From: Eledone cirrhosa
Lineage: Eukaryota
DNA: 64,000 nt
Assembly: GCA_964016885.1 (NCBI GenBank)
Contig: OZ024740.1
Coordinates: 24,490,001-24,554,000, forward strand
Reading direction: 5' to 3'
Made by a program: the position numbers and the translations under genes. The notes beneath the pieces are model-generated. The model saw only the letters and a list, made by a program, of their open reading frames with translations, had not been told where the DNA came from and did no database searches. Of the stretch, positions 58,067 to 64,000 are shown piece by piece (position 1 is the stretch's first letter; each line of letters opens with the position of its first letter).

Positions 58067-61000
58067 GCGTTAGAGAGGGAGAGACATATAGATATATAGG
58101 ACAAAAGGAAACTAGAGATCTAGAAATGCAGACATATAGATAAATAGGTCAAGAGGAAACAAGAGAGGTAGAGATGGAAAGACATATAGATAAATAGGAC
58201 AGAAGGAAACTAGAGATTTAGAGATGGACAGACATATAGATAAATAAGAAAGAAGGAAACTAGAGAGTTAGAGATGGAGAGACATATAGATAAATAGGAC
58301 AGGAGGAAACTATAGAGCTAGAGATGCAGAGATATATGGATAAATAGGACAGAAGGAAAGTAGAGAGCTAGAGATGGAGAGACATCTAGATGTATAGTAC
58401 AGAAGGAAACTAGAGCGTTAGAGATGGAGAGACATATAGATAAATAGGACAGAAGGAAACTAAAGTGTTAGAGATGGAGAGACATATAGATAAATAGGAC
58501 AGAAGGAAACTAGCGAGCTAGAGATGGAGAGACATATAGATAAATAGGACAGAACGAAACTAGAGAGCGAGATGTAGAGACATATATATGAATAGAACAG
58601 AAAGAAACTGGAGAGTTAGAGATGGAGAGACATATAGATAAATAGGACAGAAGGAAACTAGAGAGTTAGAGATGGAAAGACATATAGATAAATAGGACAT
58701 AAAGAAACGAGAGAGCTAGAGATGTAGAGACATATAGATGCATTGGACAGAAGGAAACTAGAGAGTTAGAGATGGAGAGACATATAGATATATAGGACAG
58801 AAGGAAACTAGAGAGCTAGAGATGCAGGGTCATATAGATAAATAGGACAGTAGGAAACTAGAGAGTTAGAGATCGAGAGACATATAGATAAATAGGACAG
58901 AAGGAAACTAGAGAGTTAGAGAGGGAGAGACATATTTATAAATAAGACAGAAGGAAACTAGAGAGTTAGAGATGGAAAGACATATAGATAAATCGGACAG
59001 AAGGAAACTAGAGAGTTAGAGATGGAGAGACATATAAACAATTAGGACAGAAGGAAAATAGAGAGTGAGAAATGGAGAGACATATAATTAAATAGGACAG
59101 AAGGAAAGGCGAGAGCTAGAGATGGAGAAACATCTAGATAAATAGTACAGAAGGAAACTAGAGAGTTAGAGATGGAGAGACATATAGAAAATAGGACAGG
59201 AGGAAACTAGAGCGTTAGAGATGGAGAGACATATAGATAAATAGGACAGAAGGAAACTAGAGAGTTAGAAATGGAGTGACATATAGATAAATAGGACAGA
59301 AGGAAATTACAGAGCTAGAGGTGCAGAGACATATAGATAAATAGGACAGAAGGAAACTAGAGAGATAGAGAGGGATAGACATATAGATAAATAGGACAGA
59401 AGGAAAGTAGAGAGTTAGAAATGGAGAGACATCTAGATAAAAAGTACAGAAGGAAACTAGAGAGATAGAGAGGGATAGACATATAGATAAATAGGACAGA
59501 AGGAAAGTAGAGAGCTAGAGATGGAGAGACATCTAGATAAATAATACAGAAGGAAACTAGAGAGTTAGGGATGGAGAGACATATAGAACATAGGAGAGAA
59601 GGAAACTAGAGAGCTAGTGATGCAGAGACATATAGATAAATAGGACAGAAGGAAAGTAGAGAGCTAGAGATGGAGAGACATCTAGATTAAAAGTACAGAA
59701 GGAAACTAGAGAGATAGAGATGTATAGACATATAGATAAATAGGACAGAAGGAAAGTAGAGAGCTAGAGATGGAGAGACATCTAGATAAATAGTACAGAA
59801 GGAAACTAGAGAGTTAGATATGGAGAGACATATAGAAAATTGGACAGAAGGAAACTAAAGTGTTAGAGATGGAGAGAGATATAGATAAATAGGACAAAAG
59901 GAAACTAGAGAGTTAGAGATGCAGACATATAGATAAATAGGACAAGAGGAAACTAGAGAGGTAGAGATGGAGAGACATATAGATAAATAGGACAGAAGGA
60001 AACTAGAGAGTTAGAGATGGAGAGACATATAGACAAATAAGACACAAGGAAACTAGCGAGCTAGAGATGGAGAGACATATAGATAAATAGGACAGAAGGA
60101 TACTAGAGAGTTAGAGTTGGAAAGACATATAGATAAATAGGACAGAAGGAAACTAGAAAGTTAGAGATGGAGAGACATATAGAAAAATAGGACATAAGGA
60201 AACTAGAGAGTTTGAGATGGAGAGACATATAGGTAAATAGGTCAGAAGGAAACTAGAGAGTTAGAGATGGAGTGACATATAGATACATAGGAAAGAAGGA
60301 ACCTACAGAGGTAGAGGTGCAGCGACATATAGATAAATAGGACTGAAGCAAACTAGAGAGTACGAGATGGAGAGACATATAGATAAATAGGACAGAAGGA
60401 AACTAGAGAGCTAGAGATGCAGAGACATATAGATAAATAGGACAGAAGGAACTAGAGAAGTAGAGATGGAAAGACATATAGATAAAAAGGACAGAAGGAA
60501 ACAAGAGAGCTAGAGATGTAGAGACATATAGATAAATAGGACATAAGGAAACTAGAGAGTTAGAGTTGGAGAGACATATAGATAAATAGGACAGAAGGAA
60601 ACTAGAGAGTTAGAGACGGAGAGACATATAGGTATATAGGACAGAAGGAAACTAGAGAGCTAGAGATGCAGGGTCATATAGATAAATAGGACAGTAGGAA
60701 ACTAGAGAGGTAGAGATCGAGAAACATATAGATAAATAGGACAGAAGGAAACTAGAGAGTTAGAGAGGGAGAGACATATTTATAAATAAGACAGAAGGAA
60801 ACTAGAGAGTTAGAGATGGAGAGACATATAGATAAATAGGACAGAATAAACTAGAGAGTTAGAGATGGAGAGATATATAGATAAATAGGACAGAAGGAAA
60901 CTAGAGAGCTAGAGATACAGAGACATATAGATAAATAGGACAGAAGGAAACTAAAGAGTTAGAGAGGGAGAGACATATAGATACAGAGGACAGAAGGAAA

Positions 61001-61305
61001 CTACAGAGGGAGAGATGCAGAGACGTATAGATAAATAGGACAGAAGGAAACTAGAGAGGTGGAGATGGAGCGACATATAGATAAATAAGACAGAAGGAAA
61101 CTAGAGAGATAGAGATGGAGAGATATATAGATAAATAGCACAGAGGGAAACTAGAGAGTTAGAGATGGAGAGACATATAGATAAATAGGACAGAAGGAAA
61201 CTAGAGAGTTAGAGATGGAGAGACATATAGATAAATAGGACAGAAGGAAATTAGAGAGCTAGATTTGCAGAGACATATAGATAAATAAGACAGAAGGAAA
61301 CTAGA
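36300..61305 (+). repeat. About 6.2-6.5 kb HOR (blocks P+Q) nested in the right half, arranged as P Q P [R] P Q P Q
   Basis: P markers are GATCGATAGA at 36,851, 43,310, 48,931 and 55,446, and GGAGCATCAT at 39,078, 45,495, 51,363 and 57,581. Q markers are GATGCATTGG at 40,234, 52,519 and 58,737, and TTTGCAG at 42,761, 54,897 and 61,264. Confidence 0.88.
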
Positions 61306-63199
61306 GAGGTAGAGATGGAGCCACATATAGATAAATAACACAGAAAGAAACTAGAGAGTTAGAGATGGAGAGACATATAGATATATAGGACAGAAGGTAA
61401 TTAGAGATCTAGAGATGCAGACATATAGATAAATAGGACAAGAGGAAACTAGAGAGGTAGAGATGGAGAGACATATAGATAAATAGGACAGAAAGAAACT
61501 AGAGAGTTAGAGATGGAGAGACATATAGATAAATAGCACAGTAGGAAACTAGAGAGTTAGAGATGGAGAGACATATAGAAAAATAAGACAGAAGGAAACT
61601 AGAGAGCTAGATATGCAGAGACATATAGATAAATAGGACAGAAGGAAACTAGAGAGTTAGAGATGGAGAGACATATAGATAAATAGGACAGAAGGAAACT
61701 AGAAAGTTAGAGATGGAGAGACATATAGAAAAATAGGACATAAGGAAACTAGAGAGTTTGAGATGGAGAGACATATAGATACATAGGACAGAAGGAAAGT
61801 AGAGAGCTAGAGATGGAGAGACATATAGATAAATAGTACAGAAGGAAACGAGAGAGTTAGAGATGGAGAAACATATAGGAAATAGGACAGAAGGAAACTA
61901 GAGCGTTAGAGATGGAGAGACATATAGATAAATAGGACAGAAGGAAACTAGTGAGTTAGAGATGCAGACATATAGATAAATAGGACAAAAGGAAACTAGA
62001 GAGGTAGAGATGGAGAGACATATAGATAAATAGGACAGAAGGAAACTAGAGAGTTAGAGATGGAGAGACATATAGACAAATAAGACACAAGGAAACTAGC
62101 GAGCTAGAGATGGAGAGACATATAGATAAATAGGACAGAAGGATACTAGAGAGTTAGAGATGGAAAGACATATAGATAAATAGGACAGAAGGAAACTAGA
62201 AAGTTAGAGATGGAGAGACATATAGAAAAATAGGACATAAGGAAACTAGAGAGTTTGAGATGGAGAGACATATAGGTAAATAGGTCAGAAGGAAACTAGA
62301 GAGTTAGAGATGGAGTGACATATAGATAAATAGGACAGAAGGAACCTACAGAGCTAGAGGTGCAGAGACATATAGATAAATAGGACTGAAGGAAACTAGA
62401 GAGTTAGAGATGGAGAGACATATAGATAAATAGCACAGAAGGAAACTAGAGAGCTAGAGATGCAGAGACATATAGATAAATAGGACAGAAGGAAACTAGA
62501 GAGGTAGAGATGGAAAGACATATAGATAAATAGGACAGAAGGAAACTAGAGAGCTAGAGATGTAGAGACATATAGATAAATAGGACAGAAGGAAACTAGA
62601 GAGTTAGAGTTGGAGAGACATATAGATAAATAGGACAGAAGGAAACTAGAGAGTTAGAGATGGAGAGACATATAGGTATATAGGACAGAAGGAAACTAGA
62701 GAGCTAGAGATGCAGGGTCATATAGATAAATAGGACAGTAAGAAACTAGAGAGCTAGAGATCGAGAAACATATAGATAATTAGGACAGAAGGAAACTAGA
62801 GAGTTAGAGAGGGAGAGACATATAGATACAGAGGACAGAAGGAAACTAGAGAGGGAGAGATGCAGAGACGTATAGATAAATAGGACAGAAGGAAACTAGA
62901 GAGGTGGAGATGGAGCGACATATAGATAAATAAGACAGAAGGAAACTAGAGAGATAGAGATGGAGAGACATATAGATAAATAGGACAGAAGGAAACTAGA
63001 GAGTTAGAGATGGAGAGACATATAGATAAATAAGACAGAAGGAAACTAGAGAGTTAGAGATGAAGAGACATATAGATAAATAGGAAAGAAGGAAACTAGA
63101 GCGTTAGAGATGGAGAGACATATAGATAAATAGGACAGAAGGAAACTAGAGAGGTAGAGATGGAGAGACATATAGATAAATAAGACAGAAGGAAACTAG

Positions 63200-63480
63200 A
63201 GATCTAGAGACGGAGAGACATATAGAAAAAATAGGACAGAAGGAAACTAGAGAGTTAGTTATGGAGAGACATATAGATAAATAGGACAGAAGGAAACTAG
63301 AGAGTTGGAGATGCAGAGACATATAGATTAATAGGACAGTTGAGAAATAGAGAGTTAGAGATGCAGAGACATATAGATAGGCCAGAAGAGAAATAGAAGG
63401 TCAGAGATGGAGAGACATATAGATTAATAGGAGAGAAGAAAATTATAAAACGAGATGTAGAATCATATAGAGAATAAGAG
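63200..63480 (+). repeat. Degenerate terminal monomers (array edge)
   Basis: Units are increasingly diverged, e.g. ATAGGACAGTTGAGAAATAG, ATATAGATAGGCCAGAAGAGAAATAGAAGG and CGAGATGTAGAATCATATAGAGAATAAG. Confidence 0.9.
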
Positions 63481-63552
63481 ATAAGTAGTGGGAGAAGTAG
63501 AAAGAGAAAGACGCAGAGGAGAAAACAAAGAGAAAGAGGGGAGAGTGTACAT

Positions 63553-63609
63553 GAGAGAGAGTGTGAGAGAGATAAAGTGAGTGAGAGAGAGAGAGAGGGA
63601 GAGAGAGAG

Positions 63610-63678
<69 letters not shown>
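63553..63678 (+). repeat. Imperfect (GA)n microsatellite within a purine-rich low-complexity tract (about 63,480-63,780)
   Basis: Perfect (GA)20 at 63,613-63,652 and (GA)12 at 63,655-63,678, with GG, GC and CA interruptions. Confidence 0.97.
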
Positions 63679-63779
63679 TGGGGGAGAAAGGGAGGGTAGG
63701 GAAATAGGGATAGAAAGAGAGAAAGAGAGTGGCAGAGAGAGAAAGAATAAAAAAGAGACGGCTAAAAAGCAGAATGTAA

Positions 63780-63915
63780 TATATAAAGCAGAAAAATATT
63801 ATACAGTATGAATAGAAAGTTTAAAGGATGATTGAGTCAAGAGAATTCCTTTAGTGCTGTATGTGTTGTGAGGATCATGTGTGTAAATATCGATTTGGCT
63901 ACAGGGAAATCATAT

Positions 63916-63949
<34 letters not shown>

Positions 63950-64000
63950 AAAAGTTCTATTTAAATTGTTGGGATACAACAAGCAAATATTTTTATAACT
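63780..64000. other. AT-rich non-satellite flanking sequence, no recognisable element
   Basis: Periodicity and the purine skew are lost here. The stretch is too short to classify. Confidence 0.7.
63918..63947. repeat. (AT)15 microsatellite
   Basis: Perfect AT dinucleotide run of 30 bp. Confidence 0.97.

Larger units (their letters stand above)
1..63480 (+). repeat. Tandem satellite array, 50-bp monomer, about 1,270 head-to-tail copies, truncated by the left window edge
   Basis: The unit gagacatata gataaatagg acagaaggaa actagagagN tagagatgga recurs every 50 bp from position 1 (1, 51, 101, 151...). Most monomers differ from the consensus by 0-4 substitutions, with occasional 1-2 bp indels. 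Orientation is the same throughout. Confidence 0.99.

Noticed and set aside
1-63480. CRISPR array or other repeat-spacer system
   Set aside because: There are no unique spacers, the whole 50 bp is repeated, and there is no palindromic repeat, leader or cas gene.
1-63480. Variant-cassette library, diversity-generating system or giant repetitive coding exon
   Set aside because: TAG/TAA stops cycle through all frames on both strands. There is no expression site, recombinase or reverse transcriptase. The variation is explained by point mutation plus nested duplication.
1-63480. Telomeric repeat array
   Set aside because: No TTAGG or TTAGGG tandem run exists; TTAGGG appears only as an isolated monomer variant. 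A subtelomeric location cannot be judged from this window.
63581-63811. Plus-strand 76-aa (RE)n ORF
   Set aside because: It is a translation of the (GA)n microsatellite from a GTG start, with no other coding evidence.
1-64000. Transposon insertion, inversion or RNA gene inside or beside the array
   Set aside because: I saw no break in periodicity, no pyrimidine-rich inverted segment, no terminal repeats, and no tRNA- or rRNA-like sequence.
1-64000. Assignment to an organism or named satellite family
   Set aside because: I do not recognise the monomer. Large satellites next to (GA)n and (AT)n tracts occur in many eukaryotes, so a database search is needed.

Overview
The window is non-coding and almost certainly eukaryotic. 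Positions 1 to about 63,480 form one uninterrupted head-to-tail satellite array of roughly 1,270 copies of a 50-bp purine-rich monomer (consensus GAGACATATAGATAAATAGGACAGAAGGAAACTAGAGAGTTAGAGATGGA; 39/50 purines on the + strand, 36% GC, no CpG). The array continues off the left edge. Diagnostic variants show nested higher-order repeats (HORs): a 100-bp dimer, 150-bp trimers, 1,197 bp x2, 1,546 bp x3, 1,643 bp x3, a ~6.2-6.5 kb unit, 7,783 bp x2 and ~12.1 kb x2. The monomer parses as six degenerate 8-bp TAGAGANN subunits plus TA. At the right end the array decays over about 5 monomers into GA-rich sequence, an imperfect (GA)n microsatellite, short AT-rich unique sequence and an (AT)15 tract. 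I found no credible gene, RNA gene, transposon or CRISPR array, and all listed ORFs are repeat artefacts. I cannot assign the organism, a named satellite family or a function from the sequence alone. Coordinates and offsets were read by eye from marker variants, so boundaries are approximate.
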